Shown: positions 12,432 to 24,831 of the stretch, one piece after another
Numbering within the stretch: the first letter of the stretch is position 1
How the letters are laid out: every line of letters begins with the position of its first letter
Assembly: GCF_963921235.1 (NCBI RefSeq)
Contig: NC_086108.1
Coordinates: forward strand, 45,634,001 to 45,698,000
DNA: 64,000 nt
Direction of reading: 5' to 3'
Source: Mobula hypostoma
Lineage: Eukaryota
Position numbers and translations under genes: made by a program
Notes under the pieces: generated by a model
Database searches by the model: none
What the model was told of the DNA's origin: nothing
The model's input: only the letters and a program-made list of their open reading frames with translations

Positions 12432-14032
12432 AAGCAACACATACAAAGTGCTGGAGGAACTCAGCAGGCCAGGAAACGTTGATGGAAAAGAGTACAGTTG
12501 ACATTTCGGGCTGAGACTCATCATCAGGACTGGAGAAAAAAAGACGAGGAATCAGCATAAAAAGGGTGGGGGAGGGGAGGAAGAAACACAAGGTGAAAGA
12601 TGAAACCGGGGGACAGGGGGAGGGGTGAAGTAAAGAGCTGGGAAGTCGATTGGTGAAAGAGATACAGGGGAATCTGATAGGAGAGGACAGATGGTCATGG
12701 AAGAAAGAAAAGGGGGAGGAGCACCAGAGGGAGATGCTGGGCAGGTAAGGAGATAGAGAAATGAGAATGGGGAATGGTGAAGTTGGGGGATCATTACCAG
12801 AAGTTTAAGAAATTGATGTTCATGCCACAGGTTGGCGACTACCCAGGTGGAATATAAGGTGTTGCTCCTCCAACCTGAGTGTGGCCTCATTGTGACAGTA
12901 GAGGAAGCCATGGACTGACTTGACAGAGTGGGAGTGGGAAGTGGAATTAAAATGGGTGCCCACTGGGAGGTCCTGCTATTTCTGGCAGACAGAGAATAGG
13001 TACTCAACACTGCCCTCAACCGCATCTCTTCCATTCTGCGCACCTCAGCCCTCACCGCATTCTCCCGCCACCCCTTCAGGGATAGGGTTCCTCTTGCCCT
13101 CACCTATCACCCCACCAGCCTCCATATCCAGCACATAATTCTCCATAATTTCCACCATCTCCATTGGGATCCCACCACCAAGCACATCTTTCCCTCCCCT
13201 ATTTCCCACTTTCTGCGGGGATCACTCCCTACGCAACTCCCTTGTCCATTTGTCCCTCCCCAGTGATCTTCCTCCTGCCACTTATCCTTGCAAGCAGAAC
13301 AAGTGCTACACCTGCCCTACACCTTCTCCCTCACTACCATTGAGGGCCCTAAACAGTCCTTCCAGGTGAGGTGACACTTCAGAGTCATTCACTATACCTG
13401 GTGCTCCCAGTGTGGCCTTCTGTATATCAGTGAGACCTGACATAGATTGAGGGACCATTTCACCAAGCACCTTCACTCTGTCTGCCAGAAAATGTGTATT
13501 CTCCCAGTGGCCACCCATTTTAATTCCACTTCCCATTCCCATTCTGACAAGTCAGTGGATGACTTCCTCTACTGTCACAATGAGGCCACACTCAGGCTGG
13601 AGGAGCAACACTTTACATTCCATCTGAGTGGCTTCCATCCGGGTACTTCTGGTAGTGCCCCACCTTCATTATTCCTCATTCCTATTTCCCTCTCTCACCT
13701 TATCTCCTCACCGGCCCATCACCTCCCTCTGGTGCTCCTCCCCCTTTTCTTTCTTCCATGACCATCTGTCCTCTCCTATCAGATTCCCCTTTCTCCAGCC
13801 CTGTATCTCTTTCACCAATCAACTTCCTAGCTCTTTACTTGCCCCTCCTCCCCTCCCAGTTTCACCAATCACCTTGTATTTCTTCCTCCCCTCCCCCCGA
13901 TCTTCTTACTCTGACTCCTCATCTTTTTTTCTCCAGTCCTGATGAAGAATCTCCTCCAAAAACGTTGACTGTACTCTTTTCCATAGATGCTGCCTGGCCA
14001 GCTGAGTTCCTCCTGAATTTTGTGTGTGTTTC
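12432..14032 (+). mobile_element. Penelope-like element: plus-strand RT C-term/GIY-YIG/3' repeat preceded by an inverted partial copy
   Basis: GIY-YIG-like LYISET..LRDHFTKHL..PVATHFNS..H..RLEEQH at 13420-13620; minus-strand copy of the same region at 12432-13003; hammerhead motif in both arms; inserted in Gypsy RT. Confidence 0.85.
12495..12532 (-). ncRNA. Minimal type I hammerhead ribozyme motif (Penelope-associated)
   Basis: Minus strand CAGTC-CTGATGA-TGAGTCTCAGCCC-GAAAT-GTC-AACTG; core boxes retained, stems partly mutated. Confidence 0.6.
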
Positions 14033-14120
14033 ACTCTCTCTTTGATGGATAGTGCATTTGAAACACTCCATGAGGCTGAGATCTTCACCAAACTGAATGT
14101 TCACGATAGTACTAAACTAC

Positions 14121-15491
14121 TGTCCTGATATACACTGGCAATAATGGAACCCCAGTGCGGAGGAAAGACAGATTCCCATGTAGAGATGGCAAACACAGTT
14201 CATACTTAGGAAGGTCAACAGAATATCGGTGGCTCAACTGAGTGACATCAAGAGATGAAACAAACTCAAAGCTTGGACTCCACAATAAGTGCTAATTGAG
14301 TGTTGTCTTAAATAATCACAGATGTGGAAAACACGTGCCAGGCAAAATATACTTAACAAGATTAAACAGAAATAACCAAGGATTAATGACTCTTGTTAAA
14401 ACAACAATTAACAAATTCATATGCTCCGGAAACATCAGTGCCCAATGCTCTCTGGCTCCCCGCACAGGCCCAAAGTTTTCATTACAGTACCCCCATCCCT
14501 ATGGCCAACACCTGACCAAACTAGGAGACCTGAGAAACTCAAAACAGAGCTGGTAAATGTGAGACAGGGCTGGGAAAGTCAAGACAGGTCTGCAGAACTC
14601 AAGACAGAGCTGGTAAATGTGAGACAGGGCTGGGGAAGTCAAGACAGGTCTGCGGAACTCAAGACAGAACTGGTGAATGCGAGACAGGACTGGGGAATTC
14701 AAGACAGACCTGCAGAACTCGAGACAGGGCAGATGATCTCAAAACAGGCCTGGGGAACTCTGGACATCGAATAAACTTAAGCCATACTGAATACACCTGG
14801 GAAACATAGAATAAAACTCGGGAATATAGAATAAAACTCGGGAACATGGAATAAACATCAGAAATATGGAATAAAACTCAGAGACATGAACTAAATCTCG
14901 GGATCATTGAATAACTCTTGGAAACTTGGAATAAATCTCAGAAACATTGAAAAGTCCTCAGAAACCTGGAAGGCCATGGCAGATTAAGGAAACCTTGATA
15001 ATCTTGAAAACCTTGGAAAAAGCTTTGAATTTAGAGGAGCTTGGAACATGGTCTAGAGAAACTCAGAACATAAACTAGAGACAATTGGAAGCTAACCAAT
15101 GTCAAGACACTCCTGTACAACCTCGGCTGGGTCCTTTACATTGCACAGTCTTTCTGTCAGACGAGCGCTGACAAAGGTGGAAACCAAGTACTGAGGAAAG
15201 ACAGACTCCCGTGCAGAGATGGGAGGCATAGATTATACACAGGAATTCCATCAGAACATTTGTGGCTTGACCATGCGACACCAAGAGATGAAACCTTCTC
15301 AAAACTAAGACCCCGGCGCTTAAATAATCACACATGCAGAAAACTCATGCCAGACAAGATTAACAAGATTAAATAAAAAGCACCAGGGATTAATGACTCT
15401 TGTTAACACAATAATTAACAAATTCATGTGCTCTAGAAACCTCAGTCCAATGCTCTCTGGCTCCCTGCACAGGCCGGAAGAATTCATTACA
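14121..15491 (-). mobile_element. Non-coding TRIM-like LTR element
   Basis: TG...CA termini, perfect 5-bp TSD ACTAC; LTRs 14121-14486 and 15155-15491; PPT AGGGATGGGG next to 14486 on minus strand; internal region is tandem repeats only. Confidence 0.8.
14530..15060. repeat. Tandem array: ~4 x 60-bp units (each three 20-bp subunits) followed by diverged ~20-bp units
   Basis: GCAGAACTCAAGACAGAGCTGGTAAATGTGAGACAGGGCTGGGGAAGTCAAGACAGGTCT repeated; then GGAACATGGAATAAAACTCG-like units. Confidence 0.85.
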
Positions 15492-18400
15492 ACTACATAT
15501 ACTTGATAACTTTGTGACCATTGGACTTTCCAATGGTCCAGCTATTTTCAAAGCCTTCAATAATGAGATCCTCTGAGACATGTCACACAGGAATGTTTTC
15601 ATCTACCTTGACAAAATCCTCATCTTCTCCAAGAAACCCCAAGACCACGTCTGTCACATACGTTCAGTCCTTCAGTATCTCATCAAAAAACAACTGTACT
15701 GCAAGTTAGAGAAATGCTAGTTCCACACCTCAGTCATTTCCTTCCTGGGTTACATTCTTTCACCCCAAGGTATAACCATGGACCCAGAGAAAGTGTGAGT
15801 CGTCATTGAATTGTCCCGACTGTGTTCCCTAAAACAACTACAGCACTTCTTGGGCTTCTCCATCTTCTACCACCATTTCATTAGAAACCCAAGCCAAACC
15901 ACTGCTCCTCTCACCTCCCTCACCAAGTCACGTACCTCATGAATAACCTGGTCTGCTACCCAGGACCAATGCTTTTGAGGATCTCAAGAGATCCAGAGGT
16001 GGATGCATCTGACGTGAGCACTGGGGCCATCCTTTTCCAGTGAGGATGGGATGGGAAGGCACACCTGTATGCCTTCTACCCTGCAGAGTGCTGTTATGGA
16101 GCAAGAGACAGGGAGCACTTCACTATTAATTGGGCCTTGGAGGAATGGGGACATTGGCTGATGGGAAACACCAAGCCTTTCCTGATCTGGACTGACCACC
16201 AGAGCCTCATATCCATACAACAAACCTGCCAGCTCAACCCATGTCAGGCTTGCTAGGCCCTCTTCTCCAAGCAAGTCAACTTCACCATCTCCTACTGTCA
16301 CGGCTCTGAGAACACACAGGTGGATGCCCTGTCACAACTGTTTAACCCAGCTGAAATGGAGAGCGACCCTCAATTCATCATTCTAAATTCACTGACAGTG
16401 CTTGCTCCCACCCTCACACCTGACAGCCACATGGCTGCCCACTCAGGCACTGCAGTGGGCCTAGTCCTCACCCGTCTCTTGCCATCCAGGTACACAAAGG
16501 ACCCTGGATTTTCTACGATGCTGCTGCTGGTGGCCCACCATGATCATAGGTGTTTGTCAGTTTGTTGCTGCCTGCCATCAGTCCACCCAGTCCCATTCCT
16601 CCAACCAGCAACCCTCTGGGCTCCTGTGGCCCTTACCAGTCCTCAATGCCTGTGGTCCCACATTGCCACGGATTTCATCAGTTTGCCGCCTTCCGAAGGG
16701 GCCACGATGATCGTGACAATAGTGGACCAGTTCTCCAAGGTGGTACGCTTCATTGTTCTTCCCAAACTTCCATCAGCTGCTGAGACGATGGACCTGGTTC
16801 TCCAACATGTAGTTTGCCTCAGGACATTGTGTCGGACCAGGGTCCACAATCCGCCTCTCAGATCTGGTGAGCCTTCTGCATCTCAGTGAGTTTGTCCTCT
16901 GACCGACAATCAATCTGCAAGAAGCTTCTGCGATACTCTGCCACCTCTAACTCTTCCACATGGAAGAGGTATCTGCTCTGGGCCGAACTGTCCCACAGTC
17001 TACACACCTCCTCCATCATGGGTATATCATCTTTTGATGTGCTTCATGATATGAACCCCATTGTTGCCCGCGAAGGAGCCCGCTGCGGAGGTCCCATCCA
17101 CCAAGGCCCTAGTTTACCACTGCCAAAGTGCTTGGATGAGGGCACAGAGGGCTACCGATTGTGCCTACTGCCACCAGGCTAACTCCCTATGGTGCCCAGC
17201 CAGACTACTCCGGCCTGGGGACCCTGTTTGGCTGGCTATCCAAGGTGTACCGACTCCTGCAAGCTCTCACCCCATTTCATTGGTCTCTTCAAGATCACCC
17301 ATCACATCAACCTGGTCACTTACCATCTCCAGCAATCACTGTCCCTCAGGATCACATCTACTTCCACGTGCCCTTCCTCAAGCTCATCATTTATGTCAGG
17401 TGACACCTTCCAGCCTCCTCGTCTCCACCCAGCTGACAGGATTCATTGGCCACTTGTTCCAGGCTCACCACCAGCGGCGTTTCGAAGCCCAATTCTCATC
17501 CACAGTCCTTGTTCACTCATCAAACCAGATTCCCTCATCCTATCCTTCACTCTCCCTGCCCAAAGGAAGTTTAGCTTGTTGCCTGTTGTGTTCAGTTTCT
17601 GTTCTCTCTTTTTCTGGCCACCTGCGGCTTATTAGTTTGCGGTCTGTTATTAAAGTGGTCATTTACTGCTACACTGTCTCCACTGCTCTGCTTCTGCAGT
17701 TCACCTCACTACATTTCCTGGCAAAAACCTTAATATTTAATCGTTTTATATATATACACACATACACACACCCATATATATCCACCCAAATTCTCTGCCC
17801 AAAACTGCCAGTTTGTCACTCCTCCTCTTCATTTCAATCCTTGGGTTACTCTGGAATAAAGAGAAAAGTTGAACAATTTTGGGAGTTTACAAGATCTTTA
17901 AATCAATCAATAACTATTTGGAAAAAGGTTTTGCATTTCTGAAAGCATTAAAAAATGTTTTGCTTTGAAAAATATTGTCATACTGTATGGGTTTTTCATT
18001 CCTCTTACTTATTGTTATTGTTTACAAAATTAACAGTATCTGAACTGAATGCTGTAATCACTTCTTGGTGTTTAATACTCCTGAATTATTATTTTTGTTC
18101 TTATTCTCCATCATGTTGTATCTCATGATCTTTATTCATTACTTTTTACTGTTATTTATCAGTGATATTAATCTGTCACTGTGGTCTGGCAAATAAAGTT
18201 TGACAGACTACAACAATGAAAGCCAAAGTAGTCATGCAGATATTCCCAACCCAAGTCATTTGATAGGAGCAGGAATAATTGTTGATTTTTTTTTACCTGC
18301 AAATCCATGGACGCTGGGGCCAACTTTTTCACAAGCCACTGCATTACTAATATCTTGGAGCTTATTTCAGACTTGAGTTGGCTATAAGGGAAACTTTCTG

Positions 18401-19216
18401 TGGTTAACAATCAAGCAGAGTTATGCCAGAAAAAAAAGTGTTTTCCTTTACTGAAGGTGCTGCATGAAATGTTTTCACAGCATCAATCCGCTCTGAACTC
18501 AATGCTTTGAACTGTAATATTCTATTAAATAAAGGAGTGTGCTTCATCACAGAGCTATGTAGGAAATGTGGAAATGAAAATGGATTCGTCTTGAGAAACA
18601 GTTTGTGACTGTTGCAACGAATGAGGCGAACCCAAACCCAGGACACAGGCATGAAGATTGAGTTAGGATGCAGACGCGGGTGTGAGCGTTGAATGCCAAA
18701 CAGGAGGGGGTGCAGGACAGCAGGAGGCAGGCAGAACTTATCTTGACATGGAGCGTAGAAAGGAAAACGGCAGACAGAACTTTTCTTAGCACAGAGAGAC
18801 GAAGGTACACAGGTAAACCGCGGCGCTGAAGTAAAACTTAGAATACTTGTCTTGACACGGAGAGACGGAGTTTCACAGGTAAACCTCGGAACTGGAGTAG
18901 AACTTAGAAAACTTATCTTGACGCAAAGAGACTGAGTTTCACAGGTAAATCTTGGTACTGAAGCAAAACTTAGAACATAGAATCCTAAGTGGCCGGGAAA
19001 CGTTAATTACCGCATTGGCAAAACCAATGGTCTGGCAACTAGTGGGTGCAAAGCCAGGGTTCTTATGCTGCAGGTCTTGATGAAAACCAGGTGTGCCCTA
19101 TCAAAGGGAATTAGGAGAAATTGGGGAATGAACGGTCGGAACCGTGGCACAATCAAAGGGAATTAGGAGAAAATGGGGAATTAACGGTCGGGACTGTGAC
19201 AATACCAATCCCCTCC

Positions 19217-19890
19217 TCAAATGGGATCTCCAGGCGAACCACCAGGCTTGTCCGGATTGTCTCGATGTAAATCTTGGATGAGGGAAGGGTCCAAGATGAA
19301 GGAGCAGGGAATCCAGGTGCGCTCCTCAGGACCGTATCCCTCCCAATCATCCAGGTACTGGAGACCCCTGCCTCGGCGACACACATCCAGTATTCGCCAG
19401 ACAGTGTAAACTGGGTAGTTGTCAATGACCCAGGCGGGTGGAGGAGGTTCAGCAGGAGGGCACAAAGGGCTGACGGAAACAGGTTTCTGTTGGGAGACAT
19501 GGAACGTGGGATGAAAGTGCATGGATCTGGGCAGTTTGAGTTTGACCACCAAGGGGTTGATGATGCTCTCAATTTTGAATGGTCTGAGGTAATGAGGGGC
19601 GAGTTTCTTGGGTTCATTCTTGAGGGGGATGTCTTTTGAAGAGAGCCAAACCTTCTGACCAGGCTGATGGTTGGGCACAGGAATTCGATGGCGATCGGCA
19701 ATCCTCCGGTTGCAGTCGGCTGAGCGGAGCAGAGCTGCGCGTGCATCCTTCCAAATCTTGTGGCACCAGCGGAGATGGACCTGAACTGAAGGCACATTGA
19801 TGTCGCCTTCCTGTGCTGGAAACAGAGGGGGGTTGATAACCGGGGAGAGCATTCGAAGGGAGACATTCCAGTGGCGGTGCTAACCAGGGA
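19217..19890 (-). pseudogene. Gypsy integrase C-terminus with GPY/F region and chromodomain
   Basis: [65 protein letters not shown]. Confidence 0.85.
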
Positions 19891-21157
19891 GTTACTGACT
19901 CGGGCCAGTAGTCTACCGTCCAGTGTCCAGGCTTCCAGGGGGGTACTCAATAGCTCACGAGGAATTCTGGCTTGGAAGGCTAAGTTTTCATCCAAAAAGT
20001 TTTCCTCAGCACCGGAATCCACTAGTGCTAACAGAGGCAGGGAATGCTGGTTATAACACAAAGTGGCTTGAGGCTGCATCCGGGGTCGGGGGACAGAAGG
20101 GGATGTTGTCTGGCTCACCAGGGTCCCCCTTTCTACTGATGCCTTCCCTTTTTGGCTGAAGGGGACAGGTAGCACGGAAGGCAATATAGACACTCACCCG
20201 CTCTCATTCTCCCAAGTCCTTCAGTGGGAGAAAGGCATTTCCGCCCCAGCTGCGTGGGTTCCTCTCCCGGGGCGGTGGAAACGGCCGGGCTGGGAGCTAC
20301 TCGGGAAGCAGGAGGAGGAGAGAGGCTTGTGCTGGTGGGAGGCAGTAATGAGTGCCGAGGAGTGGCCAAAGGTGGTGGACAACCAGTTCTCTCGCTCTAT
20401 GGCGTTCTTGCAGACGATTGTCCAACCTGGTGGCTAGGGAGATCAAGGAATCCAGGCTGTCAGTGTCGTCTCTTGCCGCCAACTCGTCTTTCACCATGTC
20501 ACTGAGACGATTCCGAAATACCCCTTGGAGTGTCTTGTTGTTCCACTCCGAGTTGGCTGCTAACGTCTGGAACTCCACGGAATATTTGGCAACACTGTGT
20601 GAGCCCTGGCCAGAGAGTGAGTAGACGCTTGGTGGCGTCTTTACCATGGATGGGGTGATCAAGGATCTTCCTTATTTCCGCGATAAAGTTGGGGAATGAA
20701 GAGCAGATATCCGGTTGGTTATCCCAAACAGCTGTGGCCTACGCTAATGCACTTCCCCGCAACAACCGCATGATATAAGCAATCTTTGACTTATCGTGGA
20801 GTACATGGACGACTGCTGTTCGAACACCAAGGAGCACTAAAGAAGGAAGGCCCGGCACTTCCCCAAATCTGTAGTGTAGTGCTCCGGTTCAGGTACGTGA
20901 GGCTCTCTTGGCGGGGGTGTTGCTGACACGTAGGGGGTTGCCGCTACAGGCTGTCTGGGCTGGCTAGGCTGGGTTCCAGAAGTGGGTTGAGTAAAATGAG
21001 TGGATACACGGTCCACCTGGTCACCGATCTGTGTGACGTGAGCAGACAGGGAACGGAGGTTTTCCATGACCTCCAGGAGGAGTTGGTCATGCTGTCTCAG
21101 TAGGGAACCCCGGCTGGCGAGGGCTTGTTGAAGGGTATTCGTGTCCGCTGGGTCCAT
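19891..21157 (-). pseudogene. Gypsy gag-protease (sushi/PEG10-like), disrupted
   Basis: ATG at 21157 (MDPAD..), [45 protein letters not shown]; stops and frameshifts. Confidence 0.8.
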
Positions 21158-21799
21158 GGTGGCCAGATCATTCTGTTGCAACGAACGAGGCGAACCCAAA
21201 CGCAGGACAGAGGCACGGAGATTGAGTTAGGATGCAGACGCAGGTGTGAACGTTGAACGGCAAACAGGAGGGGGTGCAGGAAAGCAGGAGGCAGGCAGAA
21301 CTTATCTTGACACGGAGCGTAGAAAGGAAAGTGGCAGACAAAACTTTTCTTAGCACAGAGAGACTGAGTTACACAGGTAAACCTTGGTGCTGAAGTGAAA
21401 CTTAGAATACTTGTCTTGACATGGAGAGACTGAGTTTCATAGGTAAATCTCGGTACTGAAGCAAAACTTAGAACACACAATCCTAAGCAGCCGGGAAACG
21501 TTAATTACCACACTGGCAAAACCAACGATCTGGTAACTAGTGGGTACAAAGCTGGGGTTCTTATGCTGCAGGTCTTGATGAAAACCAGGTGTGCCTCCAT
21601 CAAAGGAAATTAGAAGAAAATCGGGAATTAACGGTCAGAACCGTGGCACAATCAAAGGGAATTAGAAGAAAATGGGGCATTAACGGTCGGGACCGTGACA
21701 GTGACAGCCCAGAGAGATAAACATATTTTCCATTCTGATTACCTCAGAGTAAATTGAAGCACTGGCACACAGCAGAGAAAGGAAAGTCAATGGACTTAT

Positions 21800-23905
21800 T
21801 CAGAGTCATACAACACAGAAACGGACCTTCAACCCAGCTCATCCTGCCTGGGCTAATCTCCCTTTTCTGCATTTGGGCCATATCCCCCTAAACCTTTCCC
21901 ATCCATGTAGCTTTTTAAGAGTCTTTTAAACATGGTAATTGTACCGGCCCCTACTACTTCCTCCAGTAGCTCATTCCTCATACTCACCACCTTCTGTGTC
22001 AAAAAAGTTGCCTCTCATGTCCCCTGTAACTTTTCTCCCCCATCTTAAACCTATGCCCTCTAAGTTTTAGATTCCACAACCTGTGAAATAAATTGTGACA
22101 ATTCACCTTATCTATGCTTTTATATACCTCCATTATGTCACCTCCTATCCTTGCACACTCCTTGAAAAAAGACCCAGCCTATCCGGTTTCTCCTTACAAT
22201 TAAAGGTCCGCCATCCCCCAGTCCTAGTAACATCTTTGTGAGTCTTTTCTGCACCCTTTCCAGCTTTGGGCCGGCCCGGGGGTAGTATAGCGCTCAGTTC
22301 CTGCAGGCACCTGTCAGCAGTTTGTACATTCTCCCCATCACCACATGGGATTCCTCCAGGTGCTCCAGTTTCCTCCCACAGTCCAAACACGTACTGGATA
22401 GTAGGTTACTTGGCCACATGGGTGGGTGCAATTCGGCAGCGTGGGCTCGTTGGGTCAGAGGGCCTGTTGCTATTCTGTATCTCTAAATAAATTAATGGTA
22501 TCCTTCCTGTAACTCGGTGACCAGAACTATGCCCGATACTCCAGATGTGATCCCACCAATATCATGTGCCCTCACTGATGACGGTAAGTTTGCCTTTTCC
22601 CTTCTTTACCATATTGTTTGCCTGTGTCATCCCTTTTAGGGTGCTATGTAAGACCATAAGAAATAAAGCAGAATTTGGCCATTCAGTCCATTGAGTTTGC
22701 TCCACTATTCAATCATAATTAATTTTTATTTCAACTCCATTTCTTGCCTTTTCCCCATAACCCTTAACTCTCTTACCAATCAAGAACCTATTAATCCCTG
22801 TCTTAATTACATCTGATGACTTGACCTCCACAGCCATCCTGTGGCAAAAAATCCCATAGATTACTGCCCAGTAGCTTTAGGACTTCCCCTTCACCTCAGT
22901 TTTGAAGGGATGTCTCTTTATTCTGAGGCTGTGCCCTCAGATCCTAGACATTCCTACTAATGGAAACGTTTCCTTGACATCCACTCTGTCCAAACATGGA
23001 CTGAAACTCCTAGATCTCTCTATTCTATTGCACTCTCCAGAATCCTGCTATTGACTGTGCAAATTCTAATCTGGTTTAACTTCTCAAAAGGCTTCACTTC
23101 ATAGTTATCCAAGTTAAATTCCATCTGCCGTTCCTTGTCCCACTTTCCCAAATGATCCAGATCCTGCTGTAATCTTAAATAACCACATTCCCTATCCACT
23201 ACACGATTAATTTTAGCATCTTTTTGGCATCTACAAATTTACTAATTATGGCAAATGCGTTGTCATCCAAAATATGAACGTAGTTGAAGAGCAGCGGTGG
23301 ACTCTATGCCATTTCCTGCGTCATTCTGCAGTTCACATGCCTTCTGTCTGATAAACAGCCCTTCACTACCACTCTATCCATCATGCCACCATGCCAAAGT
23401 TCGATTAAATTGCTTGCTCTCCTTAAATTCATATGATCTCATCTACTGGATCAGCCGAGCACACAGGGCATTGCCCAAGGCCTATTAAAGTTCATACAGA
23501 TAAAGTCTACCATCTTGCCCTCATCAAACCTCTTGAAGAAACTTCAAGAAACTTATTCCAATTTGTGAGACACCATTTCCCACACACAAAGACATGCTGA
23601 CTCTCCCTAATTAGCTCTTGCCTTTCCAATGCCGGTGGATCCAGTCTGTCAAAATCCCCTCCAATCACTTCCCCACCACTGATCTTTGCCATATTGGCCT
23701 ATAGTTCCTTGACTTGCCCTTGCAGTCCTTATTAAATAAAGGCACAACACTTGCCACTCTCCAGGTTTCTGGTAGCTCACCTATGGCAAACGATGATGCA
23801 AATATCTCGGTCTGGGCCACAGAAATTTCTTTCCTAGCATCCTATTATGTCTGAGAATACACTTGGTCAAACCCCAGGGATTTACCCACCATTATGTGCT
23901 ATAAG
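21800..23905 (-). mobile_element. Decayed CR1 LINE fragments (nested)
   Basis: Minus-strand SQHVFVCGKWCLTN and DRLGLFS motifs; nested CR1 3' end at ~22650-22990. Confidence 0.7.
22270..22492 (+). mobile_element. V-SINE (HE1-like) remnant
   Basis: V-domain-like GTTTGTACATTCTCCCC..TGGGATTCCTCCAGGTGCTCCAGTTTCCTCCCACAGTCCAAA; TAAA tail. Confidence 0.7.
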
Positions 23906-24831
23906 ACTGTTATGTTTTGTTCAAGGATGCAAATGATGTGTTCAGTAGCACAAACCCCAGTACTTAAAATAGAAATGTATCATTTCCTTTTAGTATCCTC
24001 TTTTGGTATATGGTCACTATTTAATAGTTACAGGGGCTGGCCAAACTATTCAGGAGATAGTTAAAACTCAATCACAAGTAAATATAGCAAATTTCTTTCT
24101 CTTTGGGCTATTATCAAAACAGAGGAGTTTCTATTCAATAATTCAGTAATTTCATGGTCACAATTCTAATTTTAACCATGTTGTTTTAATTGAATGAATT
24201 TTAATTTCCCATTTAAAAATGGTTAATTAATCCAGGCCTCTGCCAATCCTCCAAAATATCCTTCATCATACCCTTCACGAAGTAAAAACTTCTCAGCCAT
24301 GCTCTGAGAGCTTTCAGCTTGCATAGATCATGCGTCTGGAATGAACGACAGATTCCACGCCCCCCCCCCCACAAGTTTTGTGTGACACACAGCTTTTTGT
24401 GCACACAGCTCATAAATCGATATTTTTAAACACTCTTCTTGATGTTTCTTGATATCTCACAACTGAAAAATAATTATTAGACTAATTAATCAAGATTTAC
24501 ATCCAGGTTTGGAGAGTCACTAACTCAAGTTCTGTTTTGAACTAATCAGTTTATATTTGATTACATTGGATAAACAGCACCACAAATGGTAGTTCAGCCA
24601 CTCTAGACCCTGCTGAGACTTACGCATGATTTAAGCCCTTCCTGTCTTTCCTCAATCATATTCCAACAGTGACTATTTTTCCCTCATATGTTTTATTTCC
24701 ATCCTTTAAAAGCATTTATCCAATTTGTTTTAACTCTTTATAGTAGATTTTCTTCTGAATATCCTAATTTCTTTTTGAAGATCACTTTTTTTTGCTAGTT
24801 AATTTTCATGTCCCTCTGAAGGGAGATAAAA

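Larger units (their letters stand above)
9548..17723 (+). mobile_element. Old, decayed Ty3/Gypsy (sushi-like) LTR retrotransposon with nested insertions
   Basis: Diverged LTRs (~9548-10743 split by a DNA transposon; ~17394-17723); gag remnant (CFDGSP..CHNFLSQC), protease (ALLESDAADNL), RT (YPLP|LMDSAFE..IFTKL; IYLDKILIFS), RNase H (IWTDH), integrase (WSHIATDFI..IVDQFSK); many stops. Confidence 0.85.
18610..21700 (-). mobile_element. Internally deleted chromoviral Gypsy (Tf1/sushi-like) LTR retrotransposon
   Basis: LTRs 21174-21700 (5') and 18610-19201 (3'), TG...CA ends, perfect TSD GTGAC; PPT GAGGAGGGG; gag, protease LVDSGA, integrase C-term and chromodomain; RT/RNase H absent. Confidence 0.92.

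Noticed and set aside
14530..14770. Regular 60-bp repeats and ORF 14421-14774 (possible CRISPR or repeat protein)
   Set aside because: Head-to-tail tandem units without unique spacers, no cas genes, eukaryotic context; the ORF is a by-product of the repeat
18700..18980. ~62-bp repeated units
   Set aside because: Internal LTR repeats of the chromovirus, not an independent array
19891..21157. Possible domesticated PEG10/RTL-like gene
   Set aside because: Flanked by LTRs and TSD and disrupted by stops and frameshifts
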